The translations under genes and the position numbers were made by a program. A DNA stretch of 64,000 bases, taken from Nageia nagi (taxonomy: Eukaryota; Plantae; Pinophyta). Shown in pieces: positions 40,531 to 52,934 of the stretch. The stretch is from assembly GCA_050084985.1 (NCBI GenBank), contig JBITNC010000001.1, positions 163,990,001 through 164,054,000 on the forward strand, written 5' to 3'. Position 1 is the first letter of the stretch. Every line of letters begins with the position of its first letter. The notes under the pieces are model-generated. The model was not told the origin of the DNA, searched no databases, and saw nothing but the letters and a program-made list of their open reading frames with translations.

Positions 40531-42747
40531 GCAACTAAGTGGAGCGCTCCATGTGCGCATAGCTGAGCAATCTTGCACAAGTCTCCAAACTCCTCCGTGG
40601 GTCCTATTGGAATATTTTTCCTTCCTCTTACAAAGATTGCCTAGGGATAAATGGAAAGGCATTCAACATGTGGTCAAGGTTGCGTGACTAACGTCCACTT
40701 GCAAGGACTGGTTACCCCAAGGTTTCTATATCTCAAAGGATGGTTTGTGGTGGTGATAAGAACTTGTAATGACTTAGTGGGAGGAAAGATGGCAACTGTT
40801 ACCACGTTTTACTGTGGGCACTGGAGTTGTTTTGCACCAATTGAGAGGATAGACTTTTGACGGTAAAAAAAAAAATGGAAAATAACAAAGGGAGGGTAAA
40901 AGGAAGTGCAAAGTGGGGATGATGATTGCATACGAGATGTATTCATTCAGAGACAAGTTCACCAATGGGTCAGTGGTTAGATCATCTTCCCTTCGGGTTT
41001 ATTATGATGTGCCTACTAACTTATCCGATTCCTATCACAAATGACTAAGTCCAAGTTGCAAGCAAGACGGAACCTATAGCAGTGTTACTAAGTGCAACAA
41101 TATGAGCAGCGTATCAAACCATATGACATAGAAAGAACTTCACTAACATATATCCATTTACATGTGAAATAGTGAACAATGCTTATCAAGTGGCAATCAC
41201 ACAACTTCTTAAGGTATTCATTCAGCTTTCTTACAAGCATACACTTATAAGAAATGCACACAAGCCATATATTAACCACAAGTAAACACCAAGTACAAGT
41301 ACTCAAGTCCACAATCCCATTAAGTGAAACAAGTCTTGATGTATTAGATTATGCTCAACATTCACATACAAGAGAGTATAAGAGTTTTAGCAAATTTCGC
41401 AGTAGTTCTCTTTAGCAAATGATCATCCTTCTCTACAAATGAGCCCCCTTGGGGTGTTTATAGTTTTGAATGAAATCCTAACCATAATTCAAATTCAAAT
41501 TTAATTCAGCTAAAATTAACCCTAATTCTATGAAATTAACAATGGTCCAATAAAATCATGCCAAATGTCCACATAAGATTTAATCCAGCATTTGCGGGAG
41601 CAAATCCTCATCCATCACAAGGCTTAACCAAGATTTATAAAAATTTGAAATCTGCAATATAGAAACTATGAAAAAATAAGTAAAACTAATTATGTTGCAT
41701 CACAAGTACAACACTCTCCTCAAAGTGGTCATCCATGAATGCTTCTATCAGCTCCACCACAAAACTGAGCTCCTTGTAGATTTGAGTCTTCTCATTGATG
41801 AACTTGGCGATCTCCTCAATGGTATGCTCCATCTAATGCTTCCATGTGTGTATCTCCATCATGTGGCGAATATGGCTTCCTGTTCAGTAGACATTGACAT
41901 CATCTGTGCATATAAGGTCCTTTTCCATGTCCCCATCAACTTCCTGGATCACATCATCATCAATAAGAATCTTGACCTCAAACTTTGCCATCAGCAAGTG
42001 AACACTGTCTTTCATATCTGTGATGGCCTTGGTCCATCCTTGGCATTGAGTCTTTACATTGTGTATCCAACCAAGATGATACCAATACTCCCTACAAAAT
42101 TGGAAGTCTCCAGGTCTATCTGCTAATGTTTTGCGAGGGTCTTCTACATTTGGACTACTCTGATCTAGCTTCTTGAACATGCACTCACATTGGCTATGAC
42201 ACTATTCATATTCTCTTCTTTCCTTACCAACTTTCAAAGACTATTAGTCTCTTCACTGCGTGCACAACCTCATTGCTTAAATCTTCTTTTGTGAGTGTGA
42301 ATCCTTCATTCAAGGGTACTTGCTTTCTGATGTCTTCTGGTTGCATCTTTGGCATATGTAAATTAGTACAAAGAATTCAGATATTATTGCAGCAATTATA
42401 GTGAAAGAATATTTTGCCATGTCAAATCTCAGTAATCGTTTGTAATATGTGGTACACATGTAAGCTTAAGCATAGGATTATTGTGTTTGCAGTGCATGAT
42501 TTTATATATTTCCTCCACTGTTAATCTCCAATAGAGATCGAGGATGGAACATTTAACTGCAATAACTTAAAACACAATGAGCAGTGTACAATGATAGTGC
42601 CTATATGTAACTCCTGAAGAGTAGAAAGAATACAGATGTAATAAATCAAATTTTACTTGATGTACATAGAAGCAAATAAAATAATTCCATTTTCAAAATC
42701 TACCTAGCTAAAAGTGGTGCACTATATATATACATATTAATAATGAC

Positions 42748-42880
42748 TTGATTCTGATTTGTCTCTTACAATGAAATTCGTGAATGTTTGGTTTTATGCA
42801 GGCCTGAAGGAGGATTTGATTCTGATTTGTCTCTTATAGTGAAATTCTTGAATGTTTGGTTTTTGCAGGCCTGAAGGAGG
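42748..42880 (+). repeat. Tandem duplication (period 67-68 bp) spanning the TYW2 intron/exon junction
   Basis: ttgattctgatttgtctctta...gaatgtttggtttt.tgcaggcctgaaggagg at 42748-42813 and 42816-42880. Confidence 0.95.
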
Positions 42881-42975
42881 TGTATTGCATGTGCATGGGA
42901 ATGTGAAAGAAAATGAAGAGGTTTCCTGGCTGGAGAATCTCTCTTTGTCTCTCACAGATTTTGCACTCGCTGAAG
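42869..42975 (+). CDS. TYW2: TYW2/3/4 exon
   Basis: ttttgcag acceptor, GTGATG donor at 42976; AG|G completes Arg, then PEGGVLHVHGNVKENEEVSWLENLSLSLTDFALAE (GG.LHVH.NV motif). Confidence 0.94.
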
Positions 42976-43054
42976 GTGATGGCTACATTGCACATTACTT
43001 TATGGCATCATGATGGAACTAATCTAAGTTTCTAATCTTTGTTAGTGCTTTCAG

Positions 43055-43155
43055 GATACAGCTGGAAAGTGATTATTGAACATGTGGAGAGAGTTAAATG
43101 GTATGCTCCACATATCCGTCACGTGGTTGCAGATGTAAGATGCATAAACATGTAA
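43055..43155 (+). CDS. TYW2: TYW2/3/4 terminal coding exon
   Basis: ttcag acceptor after a 79-bp intron; YSWKVIIEHVERVKWYAPHIRHVVADVRCINM then TAA at 43153-43155 (VKxYAP..H.V.D family C-terminal motif). Confidence 0.95.
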
Positions 43156-45433
43156 TTCTGGATTTTATCTAGTTTGTTTTTCAAATGGGAAAATAATAAA
43201 ATATGGATCCCATATGTTTCAAAGCTCTCTGGTCTATCTAGCTCTTCATAAACTTGTCAAGGCAATTGAAGCAATGAAGAGCTGGATATGCTTTGGTGTT
43301 GCTCAATTTTAGTTGTGCCACATCAAATTAATATTAAATTTCTGGCTGGTGAGCGAAATAGATTTATTACATGAGAAATATGTTCAGGCATAATCACCCA
43401 TTATCCAAATATCATACATGAAAAATCATAAGATAGAAGGCCATATCAGTTGAGTGCATATTGTATTATTGTGAATGAAACGAGTGGCTTTCCTGATCCA
43501 GATGTTGGACACTTAGTGTTTATAACTTTGTTGTTTGTTTTGATCCCAATTGCATGATTATATACAGCACCTGAATACATTTTATCAGTTCAAGCTAAAT
43601 GGAAAATTAATGCAGCAGTAATGTGAAAAAAACTTCATATAGTTGCAGGAGAGTGGATGATACAGAAAATTCAAAATAGAAATTGGAAAAAACTCTTGAA
43701 GAAAGCATGGGAGACAAATGCAATGAGCAAGAAAGGAAGATTATTTTTGTGTCTGTAAATGACCAAAAAAGTCAATGCGATTCAAAAGCATAGCCAAAGG
43801 AATAGAGATGAACTAGGGAGTAAGACCCTGGAGAAAAAAAGTCAACTAAAACAAAATAGAGTAAGAGAGTTAGAGAAAAATCCAAAAAGGTTAAACCTCA
43901 AAACCTAACCCTAAAAGTTAAATATATAGGAAAGAAGGATCTCTAGAAGAGAAAGTGAAGAGAAACAGAGAACAACTAGAACCAAGAAAGATTTTGTATT
44001 AACTTGTGAAGCTCAAAAAAATGGATTTCACACCTTACAATGCTCTTCAGTTCAGCTGAGAATAAAAGCTAAATGCATCTACTTGAGTCACCTATCCACA
44101 CGTTTTGCACTAAATGCGTGGGGCACATCAAGATGTACACGTCAAATGGTGTATTGCTAATTGCTGGCTATTAAATATATTGGGACAGATGTACACCATA
44201 AACTACACACTGATAGTCGTTGGTCATTAAGTGAGTGAAGAAGTCTAAAAACAAATCCCTAGAAACAAGATGCCTGAATTTTGGTTTTATCATTAAAAAC
44301 AGCGACCCTAACAACTAAGTTAGCGATTGGATAAATCTAGATGTGAAAGGCAAATTCAAAATCTGTAAATATTCGACTTCCAAGGCTTGTAACTTTTTTG
44401 TTGGAAATCAAAACCGTCATATACTACATCAAAATGATTGGTTTGAAATGAGGAATTTGAATGTCAATTCTCAGAATTTGAAAATTTCTAAAATTTTGAA
44501 AACTAGAGATTGGGCAAAAATGATGTTTGATGTGTTTGGGCTAAGGATCGTCGAACCATTTGTCAAACATGGGTTTGATGATAATGTGTGGTTCTTGGGT
44601 GAACTTGTAGTTGTTTAATTACATGAAGAAAGGGACTTTCTTGGTTTGTGCTTTTCTATGGATTGTTGAAGAGACTAGATAAAAGCCGTTGAAGTAGTTC
44701 ATCCTTGTTTGTCAAAATTAACTTAGTAAACATAAGAATAAAAAACCTAGCTGCTTTTCAAGCAATGAAAGAATTTGTTCTTTTATTCCTTGAAACTTCT
44801 CATGTTGGTTTGTCTTACAAGAAGTCTCTTTATTTCACCAAGAGTCCAAGCTTTTAATTGGTTCTTGGGATGGTGGGAGTGGATCGACTTTTGAAACAAT
44901 TTAGTGCTCATAATACTTGTCTCAACAAAATCCTAGCAAAAGAACAAGATCCAAAATGTTGATTTTTAAAATCTGAGATACACGATACTATGTTAATGCC
45001 TTTGTTGTGAAATTCGAGCCGAGTCCTGAGTACTTGACAAGCTCGAGTTTGAGTTGGCCTAGTCATGCTCAATTAGTTTGGGATTTGTTTTTTTACCAAT
45101 ATGGCCGAGTCTCGATGAGTCCCGGTTCGAGTGTGTCCTGATGTTTACACTCAATTAGCTTGACAAAACAGAAAAATGCCCATTTACCCTCAATTACTTT
45201 TGCATGTCATTTTTTCCCATTGTTCTAGGTTTGAAGTGAATTTCGAACGAGGTCAAAGAGCATTCCATAACAAACTAAAATTGTTTTTCCCAATTGTATC
45301 GATTTTTCTTAAACTTACTATCCACCATATCCAACAACACCCATGAAATTCACTATTGACATAGATAATTTTCTTTCTTCCATCTTTAACTTTCTTTGGG
45401 GGCGTTTAGGGTTTTAATATTACATACTTTGAA

Positions 45434-48400
45434 TGTTGATATGAAATGGATCATTTGAATGAAAACTAAACATCAATGGAGTGAGGATTATGGTGAATTC
45501 CCATGCTTGGTGTTTGAAGTATTTATTATAGCTCTTATGGAGTTGGTTGTAGTTGAAACATGTCACAAAATGAATTAATCATTTATGGGAGTGTATAACT
45601 TTTTGTGTAGATATCCGATTGATGCAAATGATATAGCTTTATGTAGCTTTCAAAAAGAGCTTTCCAACGAGTGTATAGATGCCTACCTTTGGTGAAGATT
45701 TATACCTCCCTAGAAACTCCTATTCCAATGATATCATTGGATTATGGCATACTTGGGCTATGAAAAGCTGGGAATTCATGATTCATGTTGTAGAGTGTCA
45801 AGTCCATCTTGGAGGTTTCGGGAAAGCTGTTGTTCAAAGTATTTCCTAGTGCCATTATTGGATTATGATCCAACCTTGACCTGACCACAAGTTGATTGAG
45901 AAAAGTTTACTTTAAGGTCAATGATATCATTGGAGGAACAAATAAGTCGGGCATTTTTGGATGAACAAAATGCTTTTCAGGCGTAGATGAAGAGTCACAT
46001 GCATTTTCTTAGCATGTTTCATAGCTTAGAAGAAACCCTTTTGAATGTGGTCAAAGAAATTGTAGAACTGAAGATTGTTTGAGATATTGACTGTTGATAT
46101 GAAATGGATCATGTGAATGAAAACTAAACATCAATGGAGTGAGGATTATGGTGAATTCTCATGCTTGGGTGTTTGAAATATTTCTTATAGCTCTTATGGA
46201 GTTGGTTGTAGTTGAAACATGTCACAAAATGGATTAATCATTTTTGGGAGGGTATAACTTTTTATGTAGATATCCAATCGATGCAAATGATATACCTTTA
46301 CGTAGCTTTCAAAAAGAGCTTTCCAACGAGTATATAGATGCCTAAATTCGGTGAAGATTTATACCTCCCTATAAACTCCTATTCCAATGATATCACTAGA
46401 TTATGGCATATTTGGACTATGAAAAGCTAGGAATTCATGATTCATGTTGTAGATTGTCAGGTCCATCTTGGAGGTTTCGTGGAAGCTGATGTTTAAGTCT
46501 TTCCTAGTGCCATTATTGGATTATGATCCAACCTTGACTTGACCACAAGTCGACTGAGAAAAGTTTACCTTAAGGCCAATGATATCATTGGAGGAACAAA
46601 TAAGTCGGGCATTTTTGGATGAACAAAATGCTTTTCAGGGGTAGACGGAGAGTCACATGCATTTCTTAGCATATTTCATAGCCTAGAAGAAACCCTTTTG
46701 AATGTGGTCAAAGAAATTGTAGAACCGAAGGTTGTTCGATATATTGATGTAAGAAAAAAAAGATTTTTGATAGAGTTCCCACCAAGCACAAAAATTACCT
46801 TTGAAGTTAGAGGTTGAGTTTGAACTCAAATCCTTCCATGGAGAGATTGATGCAGAAAAGCTTAATCAATGGTTGAAGCAAATGAAGGTATATTTTTGAG
46901 TGTAAAAGATTGAAGATTATGAAGATAAAATTGAGATTTGGTGGAAGCTTATATGGATGCCAATTAAAACGGGTGATGAACTAGTTGTGACATGCTAGAA
47001 GGAATGAAAGGAGTTGTTTCAAAGTTAGCTTTATCCTCTTGGCCATTAGCGAAAACAAACCATGGAATGGTTTCATTTCAAATAAGAAAAGTGTACACTA
47101 CTAGACAACTAAATTCAAGAAGAGGGCAACATTGGTGGGTGTTTCTTTGAAGAGCCGAGAGATCTTATTGAAATATAGTGTAAGTCTCCATAATTATCTT
47201 TGCCATATTGTATTGCTTTTTAATCGTAATCCTATAAATTTGAATTATGTGTTTAGGTGCAACATTTGGAGGCTCATGGAAAATCCTAAATGAGGAGAAA
47301 AAATCCAAGACGAAGCCTCAAGGAAAAGACAAAATCACTGCCACAACAAAGAAAAACTATGTTAATAAATCTTATTGTTCTCATTATGATAAAAATGGTT
47401 ATGATGATGCAAAATGTTGGATATTACATCTTGAATTACAACCGAAAAGGTTTAGGGAGAAATCTAAAAAGAAAAATGCAACAATCACAAAAGAGGTTGA
47501 GATTAAGCAAGAATCTTGTGAAATTGATAATATTTCAGATGTTGATGAGAAGCTTAATTGTATAGTTGTGAAAGTTTTATCGTCACTTTTTGAAGAGGAG
47601 AAGAGGATTCAATTGTTCCATATCAAAGTTCAAGCAAAGAAGATTAAGATTGATGTTCTTTTTGATATTCGTTTTTAAGTGAATCTTATTGCAAAGGAGT
47701 TATGTGAAAGTTGGAGTTGGAGACTTATCTTCATCCACATCCATATCCACTTGGATGGGTGAACAATAAGATGAAGATAAAAGTCACATGACAATGTAAG
47801 TTGAGGTTTGTCATTACTCTTGATTACATTGATGAGGTTGAATTATATGTTGTACCTCTTGATGTTGTTGGAATAATGTTGGGAAGTTGGAAGTCCCTAC
47901 CTATTTGATAGGGAGGCTATTTACTATAAAAGAAAAAATAAATATCACCTTGTTAATGATGGTAGATCTTTTTATTGTGAAGTCTCATGTGAGGAAAAGT
48001 GAAGCTTTTGCTATTATAGTGGGACAAATGAAAATGCTAATCAATTCTTCTCGAAATCTAACACAAGTGTTGATCAGAGATCTGAACGCTAAGACATCAT
48101 CTACTCAAGAAGAATGTGATCAAACTTTAGTGTAGTGCAGAAGTTGAAAATTAACAAAGTCAAGACAACTTTTCATCATATGAGGAGTCAATATAAGAAG
48201 GAAAGACTATTTTATGCATCCTAGAGACAAATTGGGAGTACAAGGTTGTGAAGGATCTTACTTACCTTTTGCACTTGTTGGAGGACTTGTACCATGAAGT
48301 CCATGGATTATTTTAGCATATCATCCATAGAGATAAAGGGTGGTATGAGTCAACATTGAGGACAATTGTTCATCATCTTTATTGTCTCATAAGCTTTTGG

Positions 48401-48575
48401 GGACCAAAAGCTTGTTCATTAGGGTGGTGTGATCCGAAATGGATCATGTGAATGAAAACTAAACATCAATGGAGTGAGAATCTTGGTGAATTCTCATGCT
48501 TGGGTGTTTGAAGTATTTCTTATAACTCTTGTGAAGTTATTTGTAGTTGAAACCCTTTACAAAATGGATCAATCA
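45434..48575 (+). mobile_element. Decayed non-autonomous Ty3/gypsy element (gag, zinc knuckle, protease only) with tandemly duplicated 5' end
   Basis: LTR-like start tgttgatatgaaatggatca at 45434 and 46092 (658-bp tandem duplication) and again at 48428 after agggtgg; gag FHGEIDAEKLNQWLKQM near 46830; knuckle YCSHYDKNGYDDAKCW; protease LFHIKVQ..IDVLFD...HPHPYPLGWV; no RT or integrase. Confidence 0.85.
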
Positions 48576-49049
48576 GAGGTTGATGTAAATGTACGCAATA
48601 TCATTTAAATGTTGCATTGCTAACCTAATATAACGTTAAATAAATTTCTCCATATTAATTGGAAATTGGAAATTTGAAATGTAATTGTAAGAACTAAGAA
48701 GTGTCCATTGATTCTTGAAAGCTAAAAATAATCAAAATTGAAATTAATCAAATCGCTTACCTGTTGCACTTCTTGGAGTGATTTTTTTCAAAAGCAATAC
48801 AATTGTGCTCAAATCTTGAAGCATTACATATTTGATTGAGGATGCAAATGGTTTATTTTTTGCAAGTTAGGGGTATCACGTTCAAAACTTCCAACAAAAA
48901 ATCTAAGTTACGAATTAAATTAGAAAAAAATTAAAATTAGTAAAAGCCTAAATGTATAAATTTATAAAAAAATATGAATAATTTGAATTTGAAATATTTA
49001 GTTTGAAGTTTGAGCTTTGAAGTTTCCTCTCACCTAGAGAAAGCTTCCC

Positions 49050-51230
49050 ACGTATACCTTTGGCAACATGAATACTAAAAAGCCAATTGCATTCTTGTAC
49101 ATCACAATATCCTTGAGGACTCATTTACGTATGTAAGATTACTCACCATACTATATATGGATGTAACGAACCCTTTCAAAACCTCAAAATCACTTATGTA
49201 CGTGGAGCTTGGTGCAAACAATAATCTAGGGTTCAATAAGGCCCTCACTACATGAGTAGGGCGATGGAGCATGTTGTTCCATCGTTGATGAATGATGTTA
49301 AAAAATATATTGTACTTGTCACTCAATTTATCATCATCCTTAGGGTGTTGCTTATACCAAGCCTTGATGGCCTCGTTGGTTGTATCCACATCTTCAAATA
49401 AGTAGCCAATAATAAGTCTATCTCCATCAACTAAGCATAAGATGAAAAAGAATGGCTTAGTCATTGAACAAATCTCTCCAAACACCTTCCAAAATTCCTA
49501 CTTGCCTATCAAAGATGCTATCACTTGGCCTTTAGACTTCCTTTTGATGGGGAAGCTTATCACTCTTTATAAATAAACATTGCATGAAGCTTAGGCATGC
49601 ACCTATGAATTGACTGAAGGGAGATGAAGTTAGAGGCAAAATATGTAAACCACCTCTCTCACCCAATCCAATTAACCTATGTTGTCCAAAATAAGATAAA
49701 TGCAATTGATAGTACATGGAGTATAGAAAATGGTGGGGTACCTCTAACTTCTCAATTGCAACATAGTTAACAACGTTGTCTATGAACACTTGGCCATTCC
49801 CATTTCCTACACAAACTAGTCTAATAGGTCATAACCTATTTGAATCCTTTGTATGTGTAGATGCGTAAATGGATTTCATGGATATTATGCGCCATGAGCA
49901 ATACATTGTGAAATTAATCAAGGCTTTACCCTTCATATATGTTCACCTATTAGACATTATTATGCAACCCATTATCTTCCAAGACTCTTAAATTGTGAAC
50001 AATATGAAAAAACTAATTAAAAAAAAAATAAAACAAAGCAACTAAAAATTAAAATACAAGTCTACAAAAATCTAACTACAAACTATAAGTAAAAACTATT
50101 TAAAAACATATAACAATTCAAATTTAATATAACTATCCAAGCACTCCTTGAGATTCCAAATAAGAGGCCCCTGCAATTCTTCATAAGTGGGTGCCTTGTA
50201 CCCAACCTTAATCAAACAAACTACATCAAACATTTGTTGCCAATAAGCGCTCCTAGGAATGTTGATTGAGAATCCTTCATAATATACCAACTTGGCCACT
50301 AACATGTCTACCTTTTTCTTCTTATTCTTGTTTTAAAATTTGATAATAGATGTTTGGGCTCTAGGTGTTGTCTATGGCCCAAAGTAAAAAGAAATTTTAG
50401 TAGGTTGAGAAGCTTGTTGACATCCACTTCTAGTACTAGAACTCACATAATTGGAAATCCAAAATCCTAAAACATTTATCCCTAGCTCACTTTGAATTGC
50501 AACCTTCTTATCCTTTTTCTCTATTGTAACTTCTAAGGTTTTGGTTTCTTGTAGGACCACTTACACTCGCGCCTAAGACATTTCCACATCTTTCCTTGTT
50601 TGTTGAGAAATATGGGCTTTGAACTTGTGAATCCCTTCAGAGATAACATTTCTACAAATGTTATATTGTAGTTTCCCTATCTTACACTAAGTGCCCTCAA
50701 ATGGTGTTACATATTGCCAAAAAGGATCTAACTCCTTAGGCATCTTGATTTATAAACTATAGGATGTAAGAAAATGAAGAGAAATTTGAAATGCAACCAC
50801 AACAACCTTCTCCCATGGCAAACAAATAATCACAATGGAAAAATGCTACCTCCAGCCTCTTCAAATCACAAAATCAACCTGCAAGAATGCTCCACATAGA
50901 TCCACTCTTTCTTCTTCCAAGAATGCATAAGAAAAGGGAGGAAAAAAATCCCCTTGCCCCCTTATTTATCATTCTTCTCGTGTAGGTCGATGTTTTTCGC
51001 AAAAAAAGTAGTTTTGTTGCCAAAAAAGATGTTCAAATGATGAAAAAATGGCAATTTTAAAAACTTTTTAAGTTGTCCACTTTTTTTGGCAAAAAAGTAA
51101 CGTTTAAACAATTGTAAAAGAAGGGGCAAAAAAAGGGAAAAAATATTTTTTTGTGAATAAAATGAGAAAAGGAAAAACAATATTTTTTTGCGAGTAAAAT
51201 ATATTTTTTCAACATTTTTCTAAAAAGAGG
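49050..51230 (-). mobile_element. hAT DNA transposon relic (DUF659-type transposase pseudogene)
   Basis: Minus-strand fragments DPFWQY / FKAHISQQ.RKDVEKC (BED finger-like), GYKAPTYEELQGPL, IDNVVNY, LVDGDR..IGYLFE, RWNNMLHRPTH..ALLNP. Confidence 0.85.
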
Positions 51231-52934
51231 GTTGAAGGAGAATAAAATATTTGGTTGTTATCACTAGATCTATGATGTGATTGCAACTATGCAGGATGTG
51301 TGAACTCTTTTATAGGTTCTTAATTGGACTTAAAAAAAATGCATTTATTCAATGCTTTTCTAAATAAAGGGTTTGAAAAGAAAAAGATCTTTGGTTGTTA
51401 TCACTAGATCTATGATGTGATTTTTGCTACACAAGACATGTGAAATCTTCTAGTGGTTTTTGGTAAAACATTCTAATCTAGGATCATTACTTATTGGGAG
51501 GGTAGTTCCCTTGCTTATTTTTTAACTAGGAATGGTTGGGTTGTCCACCACATGGAGAAGGAGAGGATTCCCTTTGTCATTGAGGTTGTTGTTGTTCTTT
51601 TGGAGATTTGCTCCTTATCCTCTTCCTTTTGCTTCTTTTTTGGAGAGGTGGTAGGAGAGTTTGGAGCAAATTTGAGGTTTGCTAGTGTGATATTGAATTG
51701 CTTTATCTCCATTATCATTGGAGGGAAACCACCTTCAAATCTTGTTGTCATTATGTATCTTTTGAAGCCTTTGAACCAATTTTTTGTACTTCAACTTACA
51801 TCTTGATTTCTAAAGCATAACATTTAGCTTCAAGTTTGTTAATGATTTCAAAGAATTAAGAAGTAGCAATATTGCCATGTTTTTGGAACAACTAATAATA
51901 TTTTTGTCCATATGCTCATGAAGTGCACTAATGGAAGATTATTTATTCATTTTGTAAACCTCCAATAGTTGCATTTGCATTATTAGATAAATTCTAGTGT
52001 AGGATCGATGTTGTGTGACTATAGAATCGAACTCAAGTTCTAGCTTAGTTTGGATGTTTGGATTGAGAATGGAAATTTTGGGTTTCTTCATTCACAAGGA
52101 GTGCATAAAAATTTCTTGGATAAAATCTCTCCTAATGTAATTGAAATAGGAATCTAACTTTTGGAGTTTCTCAATAATGACTTTGAAGGTGCTTTAGAAC
52201 TTTGTTGCCATCTTTTTTTATGTTTTGATGGGATCATTGGAATAAGATTTGAGCTTTCTTCTTTTTCTGACTAAATGGAAAATAAATGTGGTCTTACAAA
52301 AGTAATGTGAGAAAACCTTGTGTAGTTTCAAGGGGAGTGGATGCCATAGAAAATTCAAAGTTCAAAATGGAAAAAAAAAATCATGAAGTTAGAATAGGAG
52401 ACAAACTAAATGAGAAAAAAAAAACTGTATCAACTTTGAAAACTTTGAAAATGTGTTTTGCACCTTACATTAATATTCAATTTGGATGAGAACAAGCTGA
52501 GTGCATCTATGATACTTCTACTTTTTTGTCTCACATGATGTAATGATGATGTCACCTATCGATGCATTGTAATAAATACAAGATTACATAGGTATGTGTA
52601 TCCCTTGAGGAACATACTCTTGTCCCCTTGTTCCTTGAACATGGGTTGATAATAGGGATGTTTCCTTATTATCTTCCTTTTTTGGGAAATGCAAGAGGTC
52701 ATCCTTAGAACATCCCAACCTGATTGAGGTCCATTCTTGGTACATTCCCCAAAAGGAGGAATAGGATGCTCAGGGTACAATAAGGGGACAAGTCATCCCT
52801 TGATCACTCCTAAGGACTCTGATTTTCCCCTATAGCTAGGAGGCATCCAACAAAGTGGGGATGGGATCAACAAAAGTCTAATGCTACCCATAATGATGCT
52901 AGCATGCTACCCTTACAATGCTCACATTTACAAT

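Noticed and set aside
43900-43915. Telomere-like aaccctaa motifs here and elsewhere
   Set aside because: Isolated single units common in plant LTRs and promoters, not arrays
52540-52871. Possible short solo LTR (TG...gatcaaCA)
   Set aside because: No partner LTR, PBS/PPT or matching TSD found
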